DNA from: Bigelowiella natans nucleomorph
Taxonomy: Eukaryota; Protista; Cercozoa
DNA: 32,000 nucleotides
Direction: 5' to 3'
NCBI GenBank assembly: GCA_000002455.1
Contig: DQ158856.1
Coordinates: 60,001-92,000 of the forward strand
The translations under genes and the position numbers were made by a program. The stretch's first letter is position 1; each line of letters opens with the position of its first letter. The notes under the pieces were generated by a model. The model was not told the origin of the DNA. It saw nothing but the letters and a program-made list of their open reading frames with translations, and did not search any database. Positions 10,701 to 21,280 of this stretch are shown one piece after another.

Positions 10701-12025
10701 CTATTAACTAAAACGTAATCATCTTGTTTTAAATTTCTCATAAATGGTAGACTTTTTAAAAAGTGATGACTCATCCTAGAATAATGTGGTCTAAAAACAT
10801 TATTTTCAAAAAACTTCATTAATTCAATTTTAAATAAAAAGACTGTTGAATATTTGTTGGGAGATTTTAAATTGTATTTAAAAAAAAATACTTCACAAGT
10901 TTTTCGTATTTGTGCATAAAGAAAAAACTTAAATATTGCTATATTTATTGATGATAAATAGTCATGTATTAGCAAAGATTTTGCTACAATTTTAGGTAAG
11001 CCTACTTCTCCCGATTTAATCAATGGGTCTGGAGTAGCCACAGATCTGCCACTAAAATTTACTCTTTTGCCTAGAATATTAGAACGGATTAAACCAATTT
11101 TTTTTTCAATTAATTTCTTAAATCTCTTAACTCTTGTTTGCTCATTATTAATATTAGATAATAGACTATAAATAATCTCAAGGTCACTTTTTTCATTGAA
11201 CTCGGAAAAGTTTTTTAAGCTATTCTTTGATTGAATGGCTAGATCAAATATTTTTTTAACTTTTTTGAAGTTATCTTTAATAGACTTTTTACTGATGCTC
11301 TCAGTAATGGTAGATTGATAATTATTAAAATAGCTATTTAAGTCATGAAATCTATAACTGAATAGCTCAAAATTTAAAAAAGAATATTTAGACTGAAAAA
11401 GGGTTAAAAAGAAAACAATATTATTCCTCGTACATTTTTTATAAAGTTCTTTAAACTCGTTTGAGGAAACACTGTAGTTAAAATATTTTTTTTTATCGTA
11501 GTCTTTTTTATAATTACTTTTATGCAAATTATTGTTCTCTTTAAAATTTTTGTTTTCTTGAACTTTTAAATTTATATTAGTTTTCAGTCTATGTAAGGCC
11601 GCTTTTTTTGATATATTTATAAAAAATTTATTGCATCTTAAACAGGAGTTTTTATTAGTTAATTGTAAGATACCCTTAGATTGGTTTATCTGTGAAGATA
11701 AAGGCATAAGTTTTGTGAAATCAATCGCATGTTTACTATGTTTTGTAGTCTTATAAAAGAGTTTACTTCTTTTTAGTTCCAAAAGTTCATCAAAATTGCA
11801 CATAAAACAATTAAAACATAATGATTTACAAAAGAATAATAAATTGGCACTTAAAGTTGAATTCATTATATAAAAAGGATATTTAAATTTTAAATCTTTA
11901 TTACTTTTAAAATTTGAATCAAGTCCTTTATTATCAGTCGATGTCTGTGTCAGATCATTTTTAGTTAGATTTACTAGCGTTGATTTAAAATTAATAAAAC
12001 GGATTAAATTTACTGGACCCTTCAT
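7747..12025 (-). CDS. rpa1: RNA polymerase I largest subunit, one 19-nt intron at 7960-7978
   Basis: GKRVNFSGRSV, NRQPTLH, YNLDFDGDE active site, bridge helix SRSGYLQR, trigger loop GEPLTQMTLNTFH. Intron GTAACTAAAAATATTTTAG joins SYMTFK|GFVIRMQ...ISFES...GTG C-terminus. KRVNF and SRSGYLQR indicate Pol I. Confidence 0.93.
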
Positions 12026-12059
12026 ATATTATTTAAAAAAGATTAACAAATAAAAAGGC

Positions 12060-15000
12060 CTAAACGTCACTTTCTTCAACATTATTTTTATCATTATCGA
12101 AATAAAAGTCTCTAAAATGAAAAGGTCTGTGATAATCTTCGAAGTAATCAATTGGTATGCCAACTTTCAATGTGTAGTTCATTTCTGCATTAAAAGCCGA
12201 TTCAAAAAAATGATAGTTCCATAAATTATTTTTTGGAACCAAAAAAAAGCCTTGAAATTTGTTACTCAATGAGATTGATACTTTTCTTAGATATTTTTTT
12301 ATATTGTCTTTATCAAGCTTCTCAATATTTGTTGATAAAGAGTTTCTAAATCCTTCAGCGGTAAGTGAAAATGCTTTTAACGTACTGTAAGAATTTGAAA
12401 CAAATAGTATAACAAAGATTGATTTATTACCATTTAAACCATCAATATTAGTGATGAGTTTAGCGTGATATCTTAGATTCCTGCTGAGAATTTGATTCTC
12501 TGTATAGGCTGTTAAATGAATCCATCCAAGAATCTCAAAGTCATCAGTTGATTTGTGAGGAATGTGTTTTATTGCCATTGCTAACGACAGTCCAGAAACT
12601 AATTGAGGAGGTATACTTATGCAGATTATTTCTGATATATTATTAAATTCAATTGAATCTTTTCCGTAGATATAACCAAATGTTTCAGAACAAGTGTCAG
12701 AAATGCTTGCAAACTTTAAAACTAAATGCTTGCTAATCAAGAATATTCTACTATTTGCATTAAATTTTTCATTTTTGTTTATAAATAAATTTCTTACTAT
12801 TGCAAATGTATTTATTTTTTTTTGTAACCTCGATTTCCAATTTTTTTTTGATTTAAACTTTATTCTTTCGTATGGAGATTTAGTAAAACTTTTAATTACT
12901 ACATTATCTTTTGATACTGTTTTGCTCGATGTCATTTCTTTCTCATGTTTTATATTTGATGATGAATTAGACTTAGGTTTCAAATATTGTTCCAGGCCGA
13001 GTATTATATCCCTAATCTCCACTTGTGTCAAAGATGAAGTAGTTATTTTATGCCTTTGACAGTAATCATTGATAATTAAATCTTTCAAAATAACTTCGAC
13101 ATTAATCCATTCTTGTGCATCTAAATTAGGCCATAAGTATTTCGAGAACGATAAATTTTTATAATTGATATTTAGAATCGATATAGTTTTTTTATAATTA
13201 ATATGAAGACCTCTTAAAATTAGTAGTATACGAGCGAAAGCTGTATAAGAAGAAGAGTTTTTAAGCCAATTGTCATATATATTGAAAATTAACAACTTTG
13301 ATACTTTAGATTTTAATACAACATCATTAATATGATTTAATTTCATCAATGTGTAAAATGGAATAAGCAAATCGGTGCCAATTACTTTTATATTTGAAGT
13401 ATCTAATAAATGTACTTCTAAAGGTTCAAGTAAAACTTTTCTTGATACAATCAATTTTCCAGGTAGCTCTTCTTTAGGAATAGAATTTAGTAAACTGACT
13501 ATTTCTTCAGCACACTTCCATTTTGAATAATGTCCTAATCTTCTATGACCATCCCACAAACTAGAATGCATTATCTTTACAAATAATTGTCCAGTTCTAG
13601 GATTTATTATTAGAATAGCACCATTAATTGGTTTTGTTGCGAAATTACCTTCAGCTGTTTTATGTATAGTTACTCGATAAACATTCGTGTCATCAACAAA
13701 CCATACAACTTCATTCATGAATAAACTTCCATAATTTTTCGATGATAAGGATTGTGCACTAGGATCTGAGGAGTATAACTGCACTCCTTTTCGAATTCTT
13801 TCTCTTAATACAAATAAAGATGGATTTACTTTGATCAATTTAGATAAACACTGAATAAAAACTATTTTAATTCCCGGTATCCAATTTCCATATGCTGAGT
13901 ATAGATTATAGGCCAGGTCAAATCCTATCATTAATCCCGTTGTGCTAGGATAAATTGATTGAAGATCGGTACAAAAATCTAAGTATCTCGATCGAACATA
14001 TCTTTCAATGTCATGGGAATCGAAATCACCCCATCTTAATTGAATGTCTATCCAATATTTGCTTGTAAATTTTTGATCAAATACATCATTCAGATCAGAT
14101 ATTAAAGTTGTACTTGAGCAATGCCATAAAGAGTTACAGTATAAAACTATATCAGCACAAGACGAATTCATTTTGTAAGACTTTCTTGGATGTATAGTTT
14201 CTTTTTGAACAATTTCTATACCTAAGGTATCAGTTTGACTATCTAAAGTTTGAGCTAAATCAATTATCAAGCTTTCATGGATTTTTTGCCATAAATGTGC
14301 CCTGAATATTTGAATCAACGAGATTTTCAATGTAGGTATTTTCCCATGCATGAAAATACCAGTTAAATCAAGTTGTACTTGAAATCCTATATAAACATTA
14401 GCCCGATTTATTGTAGGTGACCACCATAATGTAAATCTTCGATTAGGTATTTGATTTAACCCTGTTCTCTGGGCATTAGTTAATTTTCGAAATTTCATGG
14501 TCTCCTCAAAGCCTGAAGATTTTTCCCAAAACAATCCTTCCCATGATGGAAAATATGTTCCTTTAAATAAAGTATGCTCGAGCATACCGTGTATACCTCC
14601 AAGAGCTTGAATAATATCAGTTTTATAGTTGAACAAATTCCAAAGTTTGCCATCATGCTTTTGATCAGTCCACCAAAATGGATTATATTTCAAAATATAA
14701 AACTTTTTAAAAATATTACGCATTCTCCACCCTTTATCATAGATTAAGAGAAATCTATCTTTCTGAAAAAGCGTATTGATTCTAGGAATTCCTTTATTCC
14801 AGTATGGTTCAAGATCTTCGATGGTTAGCTTCTTTTTTTTTTCTTTTGCTTCTTTTTTTTTCATACCATATTCTAGCCATGTTTGATACGACTCTATGAA
14901 TTCTTGATCCCAGTTTTTAATATATCTATAAATATTAGGAATGTTATTTTTATCACTTGCTTGCATACCAGCTTGAAAATGTGTTACAGCATGATCATCT

Positions 15001-18000
15001 TGATGAGAATATTTAAGATCTGATTTGGGGATATTTATATGACTCATAGATATGAGACCTAAGCCTCCCATCTCTTTCGGTGAATAAAATACTACTGATG
15101 GAAATCTAGCAGGCATTTTTGAATTTAAACCCATTTTTATTCTTGTTTGAATTTTAGTTTCACATTTGATTATTGTTTCCAGTAAAGAATAAGAGCCTTG
15201 AATGGCTTCACGAAAAAATGAGACCATTCCTATTAATGTTGTATTCCATTTATTTGATATTTTAGTAAAAGTAAGAGACCCCGAAGTCATTAAAATTTGC
15301 CTTATTCGATTTTCAAAGAAGTTAATAGATTTATCAGATACAGTTATTTTAAAGAGACGAGAATTAAGTTTTTTATAACTATCTGATATCAACCACTCAT
15401 TCTCTCTTTTTGCTACAACTCGAGAAGTATTTAAGTTATTTAGTTCAAACTTGCACTTAAAACCTAGCATATTAAAAGTAATGGGTCGATTAACTTTACT
15501 AATTATTTTTATATGAGTATTCATCCATTTCAGTTTAGAAAGACTATTAGGAATTCTATTTTTAATTTCATTGAAAACTGCCTTCGCTATTATCATATCT
15601 TTTAAGGAGTTAATATTTTTTTTATTCGGCCTATCATTTTCAGCTTTATCAAAAAGCATTGAATGTTCCTGCGTTTTATTAAATTTATAATTTTGTAAAT
15701 AATTACTAGTTATTTCGATCGCTTCTATTTTTGAGAGACGTAACAAAATAAATATCTCATCATTAATTCTATAAAATAACTTAATAGGATGGCTTGATTG
15801 ATTGTATTTTTGGTTTCTGTAATCATTACTCTTAGTATCTTTAGTCACGTTATTAAATTCATTCGCTTTTTTTGTTCCTAGTAATATGAGATCCATTATC
15901 AGATTAAATATCTGCACAATAAAAGAGCTGAACTGTAACCCTCTTATAACACCGTAAATATTTAAGTGAGTCATATCTTTATAGCTTATATAAATGTTAT
16001 TTTTCGATGTCATATACTCTGAAATATTATTATCAATTAAAATTTTTAAAATTCTATTTAAGATTGTATGATCTATGTGGGAAAAGGTTTCATCTAGATA
16101 AGTTTGAAAAATTAAAATTAATGAATCTGAGTTATTAGGTATAGTATCACTAAAGGTACCACTAATATTTTTACACCATCTATATAATAAATAAGGTGCT
16201 ATTTCTTTATCCGTAGGTTTTAACCAAAAAGGAAATAGACTTAACTTATCTACTTCAAACCATATAAAATGATCTAAAAATGAATCTGTAAGCTTTTCTA
16301 TTGAGTTTACATCATACACTGGAATTAGATAATCATAGTAGTCCATAAATTCAATATATACTTCTTTAAAAGATCTCTGAGTTAAAAGATGTCTTTTTAT
16401 CATATTAATTATCTCAGTATTATTGTCGTATGAATATTCCAGAAGCTCCATTTCTTCTTTTTGTTCTAGATTTAATTTTAAATTCATAGAAAATTGCTCT
16501 TTTAGATGATTAAGAGTTAATACCAAAAGTTTTGAACTAAACTTATACTCATTTGATGGAAAAGAAATTAGATTAAAATTATTGATATCCAACCAATGAA
16601 TCAAAATCCTATAAATTGTTATAACTTCTCTAACTTTAATGTATGGTCCTTCTTTTAAATATTTATGCTGTTTTTCTTGCTCTGATTTCAAGTATAGTCT
16701 AGTTAACCTACCTAAATTTTTCTTGCAGACAACTTTGTCTACAGTTGCTCCTTTTTTAATTCTTTCACGATTATAGTGAGCTATGTTTGTCCACCAATCC
16801 GCTTTTTGTTTTATATATTTTAGTATTATTTTTTCAATTTTAGGTGGCATATTTGGGACGATCCAAGAAATATTAGCCTTCCAACATCTCCAAGCTTCAC
16901 TTAAATGAGATAGTATTAGATTTGCTTTATTCAATTTAGTACTATCCGGTAGCAAGCTTAAAATCTCATGAATTACTGATGCTCTTAATTCTAAATCATA
17001 ATGGGACTCAACTCTTTGTTTAGTAACATTTTTCGCAATTTTATTTTCGGTTCTACCAAAAAATTGCCTTGATAATAAATTAAATAACCACTTCTCTAGT
17101 AAAGGAATTATTCCTCGCAAAAAAAATACCCAAACACGCCAAAGAGGAAACCAAAATCCTACTCCTGGTCCTTTACCAATTTCTCCTGTATTAAATCTAT
17201 AATGAATCAAATGTTTAAAATCTTTACAAATTCTGATCTGACGCATGACTCTATATTTATATCTATAAATTCCCGTTAAATGTCCTACATGACTAAAAAT
17301 ATAAAACAGACAATCAGCCAATTGATAAGCATCAACATTACCCAATCTAAACTGTATATTTGCATCAATAATTAACTTCGTTAATCTTAAAATTTCTCTT
17401 GTAAGATGGAAAGCGTTTCCAAATCTAGATTTTTTTCTCTCTTTCGTAGTTAATGTTTTAATAGGTTTTAAATTGAAATTGAAATCAAGATGTAAAAAAT
17501 TTAAACCCTTTTTATGAATTAACAAATTTAGCATATTGTAGCCTTGTTTGCATAAGTGGATTCCAGCCTCAACCCAATCTAATTTAGTAGATTGAAAAAA
17601 CTCATTTTTTTTCAATAAAGTCAATAAACTTGAAGAAGAGTTTTTTTGTATACTTTTTTTTGTTATCTTATTCATTATATATTTTTTTAAAAGTTTTTGA
17701 TAAGACACTCTCACCTTTTTAGGAAATTCTAAAGGACAATGTACCAAATACCAACTTCTAGTTATAGTAATATCCAATATTCTTTTTATCTCGGGATGTT
17801 GATTAGAAAAAGGTAGTGGAGCATAGGAAAGATTTAGTGCCTTAGAAGTATTTCGGTTGTATAATTTCAAAAAATCGAATAGAAACTTGAATCGCTTTGG
17901 TAATAAAATATCTTGCGCGTGCTTTTCTTCGATATTCTTGCTTTTAACCGAAAACAACATTGATTCCTCAAGAAATATTGGCAATTGAATATCTTCAATT

Positions 18001-18857
18001 TTCACTATATGACTTAATTGGTCAAGATAAATTTTGTCATCAATCAAATTTACGTTGGAATTATATAAATATGGATAATCAAGTTTATACTCGACTCTTA
18101 TTGGATAAGATACCATAGAACTATGGACTGTATAAGATGCTTTTTCAAGAATATCATCTTTTGTAAATTCTGTACTAATAGGTTCAAAACTTGGTCCACC
18201 AGGAACTATTAAATTTAAAGATTTTGCTATCAAAAAGCTTTCCAAATTAAATAGAAAATAATAGTTTATATCTACTATTTCCGTGATTATTTCCTGAGAT
18301 AACTCGCGTAATATTGATAGAGTTGATAAGTTAAAGTAATAACTCTTATCTTTAGTTTTTATTTTATTTAAAAGTTTATCAAGAGGTGAATAAAGCCATG
18401 ATAAGTTTTTTTTTGAAACACTTTTATGAATAACTTTTTTTATAGCCTCAAGTGGCTCAATATTTAATAAGCTTTGTGTGTAATCAAGCGGTTTTTCGTC
18501 ATCATCAAAAGATGGTAAACGCATTCGCTTAAAGTTTTTTCTATCTTTTTTTTCTTTTCGCATTTTCATCCATGTATTACCCCACCTTGCTAAAAATACT
18601 TGTAGAATTGTTTTAGGATTGGCATTTACAAAACTAATTGCTCCAGAAGAATGATAAAGAATTTCATTATATTGTATTTGTTCCCATGGCATTGGAATTG
18701 TTTCAATTATTTTGAAAATAGCATGAGGTAAGTACTTTAAAGCTGCAATATACACTCTTTTATCAATTGCGGCATCAATAGACTTTAGTCCATCTGTATT
18801 TTTAATAATTTTTCTTATATGTTCAGGTGAAACAATATTTTTAATGTTCGATGTCAT
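12060..18857 (-). CDS. prp8: Pre-mRNA splicing factor Prp8 (U5 snRNP), no intron detected
   Basis: PEHIRKII, LKYLPHA, KERKKSRFGNAFHL, PARFP, QIPNRRFTLWWSPTINRA, RNase H-like DDTNVYRV and C-terminal MPN domain. The track starts at TTG 18869; first ATG is at 18857. Confidence 0.99.
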   Translation of the reverse strand: MTSNIKNIVSPEHIRKIIKNTDGLKSIDAAIDKRVYIAALKYLPHAIFKIIETIPMPWEQIQYNEILYHSSGAISFVNANPKTILQVFLARWGNTWMKMRKEKKDRKNFKRMRLPSFDDDEKPLDYTQSLLNIEPLEAIKKVIHKSVSKKNLSWLYSPLDKLLNKIKTKDKSYYFNLSTLSILRELSQEIITEIVDINYYFLFNLESFLIAKSLNLIVPGGPSFEPISTEFTKDDILEKASYTVHSSMVSYPIRVEYKLDYPYLYNSNVNLIDDKIYLDQLSHIVKIEDIQLPIFLEESMLFSVKSKNIEEKHAQDILLPKRFKFLFDFLKLYNRNTSKALNLSYAPLPFSNQHPEIKRILDITITRSWYLVHCPLEFPKKVRVSYQKLLKKYIMNKITKKSIQKNSSSSLLTLLKKNEFFQSTKLDWVEAGIHLCKQGYNMLNLLIHKKGLNFLHLDFNFNLKPIKTLTTKERKKSRFGNAFHLTREILRLTKLIIDANIQFRLGNVDAYQLADCLFYIFSHVGHLTGIYRYKYRVMRQIRICKDFKHLIHYRFNTGEIGKGPGVGFWFPLWRVWVFFLRGIIPLLEKWLFNLLSRQFFGRTENKIAKNVTKQRVESHYDLELRASVIHEILSLLPDSTKLNKANLILSHLSEAWRCWKANISWIVPNMPPKIEKIILKYIKQKADWWTNIAHYNRERIKKGATVDKVVCKKNLGRLTRLYLKSEQEKQHKYLKEGPYIKVREVITIYRILIHWLDINNFNLISFPSNEYKFSSKLLVLTLNHLKEQFSMNLKLNLEQKEEMELLEYSYDNNTEIINMIKRHLLTQRSFKEVYIEFMDYYDYLIPVYDVNSIEKLTDSFLDHFIWFEVDKLSLFPFWLKPTDKEIAPYLLYRWCKNISGTFSDTIPNNSDSLILIFQTYLDETFSHIDHTILNRILKILIDNNISEYMTSKNNIYISYKDMTHLNIYGVIRGLQFSSFIVQIFNLIMDLILLGTKKANEFNNVTKDTKSNDYRNQKYNQSSHPIKLFYRINDEIFILLRLSKIEAIEITSNYLQNYKFNKTQEHSMLFDKAENDRPNKKNINSLKDMIIAKAVFNEIKNRIPNSLSKLKWMNTHIKIISKVNRPITFNMLGFKCKFELNNLNTSRVVAKRENEWLISDSYKKLNSRLFKITVSDKSINFFENRIRQILMTSGSLTFTKISNKWNTTLIGMVSFFREAIQGSYSLLETIIKCETKIQTRIKMGLNSKMPARFPSVVFYSPKEMGGLGLISMSHINIPKSDLKYSHQDDHAVTHFQAGMQASDKNNIPNIYRYIKNWDQEFIESYQTWLEYGMKKKEAKEKKKKLTIEDLEPYWNKGIPRINTLFQKDRFLLIYDKGWRMRNIFKKFYILKYNPFWWTDQKHDGKLWNLFNYKTDIIQALGGIHGMLEHTLFKGTYFPSWEGLFWEKSSGFEETMKFRKLTNAQRTGLNQIPNRRFTLWWSPTINRANVYIGFQVQLDLTGIFMHGKIPTLKISLIQIFRAHLWQKIHESLIIDLAQTLDSQTDTLGIEIVQKETIHPRKSYKMNSSCADIVLYCNSLWHCSSTTLISDLNDVFDQKFTSKYWIDIQLRWGDFDSHDIERYVRSRYLDFCTDLQSIYPSTTGLMIGFDLAYNLYSAYGNWIPGIKIVFIQCLSKLIKVNPSLFVLRERIRKGVQLYSSDPSAQSLSSKNYGSLFMNEVVWFVDDTNVYRVTIHKTAEGNFATKPINGAILIINPRTGQLFVKIMHSSLWDGHRRLGHYSKWKCAEEIVSLLNSIPKEELPGKLIVSRKVLLEPLEVHLLDTSNIKVIGTDLLIPFYTLMKLNHINDVVLKSKVSKLLIFNIYDNWLKNSSSYTAFARILLILRGLHINYKKTISILNINYKNLSFSKYLWPNLDAQEWINVEVILKDLIINDYCQRHKITTSSLTQVEIRDIILGLEQYLKPKSNSSSNIKHEKEMTSSKTVSKDNVVIKSFTKSPYERIKFKSKKNWKSRLQKKINTFAIVRNLFINKNEKFNANSRIFLISKHLVLKFASISDTCSETFGYIYGKDSIEFNNISEIICISIPPQLVSGLSLAMAIKHIPHKSTDDFEILGWIHLTAYTENQILSRNLRYHAKLITNIDGLNGNKSIFVILFVSNSYSTLKAFSLTAEGFRNSLSTNIEKLDKDNIKKYLRKVSISLSNKFQGFFLVPKNNLWNYHFFESAFNAEMNYTLKVGIPIDYFEDYHRPFHFRDFYFDNDKNNVEESDV

Positions 18858-18904
18858 AATTAAGCTCAACCAATTAATTAACTTTACTTTTAAAATGATG
18901 TTAA

Positions 18905-19768
18905 TTATTGCGTCATATAAACCTTTCTAGATTTTTTTCTTCCCGACCTTCTTGCAGCAATAAGACCTACTTTTTGTCCTGGAGGACTACGCCTGCTAAC
19001 AGTTGAAGGATGACCGATATGTTGATGATTACCTCCCCCATGTGGATGATCTACTGGATTGGAAGCTACTTTCCTTACCTAAATAAAAAATTTTTACAAT
19101 AGGATATTTTTTATTTAAACTTTTAAACTTGTAATAATTTTTACCAGCTTTTAATAACGGCTTTTCGTACTTACCGCCACCTGCTACAACTCCTATTGTT
19201 GCTCTACAAAAGGAAGATAAAATCTAATAATCAAAATTTTACTTTTATTTTCTTAGATGGTAGTTTTAATTTAGTCACATTATTGTATTTAGAGTGAGAA
19301 AGAACACCGACAAAGGCTCCGGCAGACCTTGCTAATTTTCCTCCATCACCTTCTTTCTAATGATTTATTTGGATACTTCTTCAACGTTGCAAACAAATAC
19401 ACCATTAGGTATATTAAATAGAGGAAGGACATTTCCAGTGATAGGTCTTGCCTGTAATCCGCAAGCTATAGTCTATTAGTAAAGACAGTACTTTATTTAA
19501 ATACAATTTTTCTACAGCAATATATAATTCATAGTAATTTTTAAAGTACTTTGTTACATTAAATTTAATCTGGTGAGTAAAATAATACTTTTATTGCTGG
19601 TACTTTTTTTACAGTATCAATATGAAATTTAGAAATAATTCCTTTTATAACGCTATACTTTTCTTCATTTGTCATGCTTTTGTAAGAAATTTTTCCTATA
19701 CGTCTTGAACTTCCTTGTTTTTGAAATCCAATTTTTCCTTTTCTTTGAGCACTTATAATTTTACCCAT
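18905..19768 (-). CDS. rpl8: 60S ribosomal protein uL2 (L8), five phase-0 introns: 19570-19588, 19473-19491, 19357-19376, 19224-19242, 19079-19097
   Basis: Spliced product contains [73 protein letters not shown] and [12 protein letters not shown]. Confidence 0.97.
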
Positions 19769-19815
19769 ACAATACATGTACAAGGATTGTTTCGTTAAGT
19801 ATAATTTATCTAAAT

Positions 19816-20240
19816 ATGTTGAAGCTATACAAAAAACAAATTGCATTAACCAATCCCTATTATCAAGGCACAACCACACATATTTTACTTGATTCAAATA
19901 TAATTGTCAGAAAATATACGGAAAAAGTACACATTTTTTTTTAAGTTGCCACTTAAGCATTCTATTAGAATTTCAATTGATTGTAAATGCTATTTTTACT
20001 TCACATCATGTATTTATAAAGAAATACTTTATCTAATTAAAAATAAAGTTTTGTTAAAACAATTTCTAAAGGTAAAAAAGAAAAAACAAGGTAAATAGAA
20101 TTCGATTAATAAATTGTTACCATAAATTTGTTTATGGTGACAAATGTATAAAAAACACAGTTTTTTTAAATCCTTTTCTAAGAGTTGCAACTTTTGATCA
20201 GAACTTATTAAAAAATTTAAAGTCAAAACTTAACAAATGA
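19816..20240 (+). CDS. fcf1: rRNA-processing PIN endonuclease Fcf1/Utp24, introns 19927-19945 and 20072-20090 (19 nt each)
   Basis: HILLDSN, KCYFYFTSCIYKEI, CYHKFVYGDKCI and VATFDQNL align with Fcf1 HILVDTN, KCIPCITDCVMAEI, CTHKGTYADDCL and VATVDRDL. Confidence 0.85.
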
Positions 20241-20260
20241 TAAAAATAAAATAGATCTAA

Positions 20261-21204
20261 TTAATAATTTAAGTTATATGAAATATTTTCATACTGGTTG
20301 TTTAATGACACTTTATTCATTTCTTTCATTAAGATAACATCATTCGGACATGAAAAACATTGTCCCAAAGGTCCTGGAGCTAGAAATCCTGTGTTAAAAG
20401 AATATAATATTGGATGTTGCATGTTTATAAAAGTATACGAATTATTTACAAATTTGCTATGGATTTTAGAATTAGGCTTGAATGTAAACATTCTAGTTCG
20501 TACTAAAATATTTTTTAACTCGCACAACAATCCCCTAATTTAAGTTAAGTTTACTTCAACTCCATTGTACTGCATATTCCATTAATTGATAAATTTGAGG
20601 ATTCTGCCAAATTGGCATGTAAATCATTGTTAGAAAAAGTACCTATTTTGGTACTTTTTGCTACGTAATTTTTTGACAACATCCATGCTTTTTTATAGCT
20701 GAAACCATTTCTAATCAATTCAAAAAATTTATCAAGTTTAATTTTAATTCCACATCTAAATACTATAAATATACCCTTGCTCTTTCCCAAAATTAAATTC
20801 ACCCAAATATAATTCACCTTTAACTGAGCTAAAAAAAAGTCCCAAGCCATGAGCGAAACCAGCATGCAATTCACCTTCATATCTTAATAAATTTATATAA
20901 CCTATCATAAAGTCCATATCTTGTTAAACCTGCTGCTGATACATTACCCATTACAATTGTTCCTTTTCCATGTGGTATATCTTCAAGAGTTAATCCTTCA
21001 TAACTTTTTTAATGAATTAAACCTCGTTCCATCATCAAATATCCAACTATTCCATTTAAAAGAATTTCCTTTAAAAGCAGATAAAGGATGATTTGATAAC
21101 AAGTATAGATCATTATCTATTATTGAATCAGAATATTTTCTTACTACTCCTTTACCAACGAACTCGTTTTCCATCCAGAATAAACGATTTGCAGCAGCTA
21201 CCAT
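20261..21204 (-). CDS. tic100: MORN-repeat protein, TIC100/EMB1211-like (~288 aa), introns 21004-21022, 20883-20901, 20756-20774 (19 nt each) and 20535-20554 (20 nt)
   Basis: Three MORN repeats (FDDGTSYEGLTLEDIPHGKG; YEGELHAGFAHGLG; YLGEFNFGKEQGCG) followed by RMFTFKP...QHPILY...FLAPGPLGQCFSCP, resembling TIC100 RMFVNKP...QHPYFY...WMAPGFINQFYEVP as recalled. Confidence 0.78.
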
Positions 21205-21280
21205 AATGCTCAAAACCAAATAAAACTTTTTAATTATTGCTTAATACAGTAAATAATGATTGCCTATTAAGTTCAATATA

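Noticed and set aside
8163-13059. Plus-strand track ORFs 8163, 9591 and 12694 (likewise 20298 and 27392)
   Set aside because: Antisense shadows of rpa1, prp8, tic100 and cpn60.
19769-19897. N-terminal extension of rpl8 in the track ORF
   Set aside because: TTG start, antisense to fcf1 exon 1; uL2 homology begins at MGKIIS (19768).
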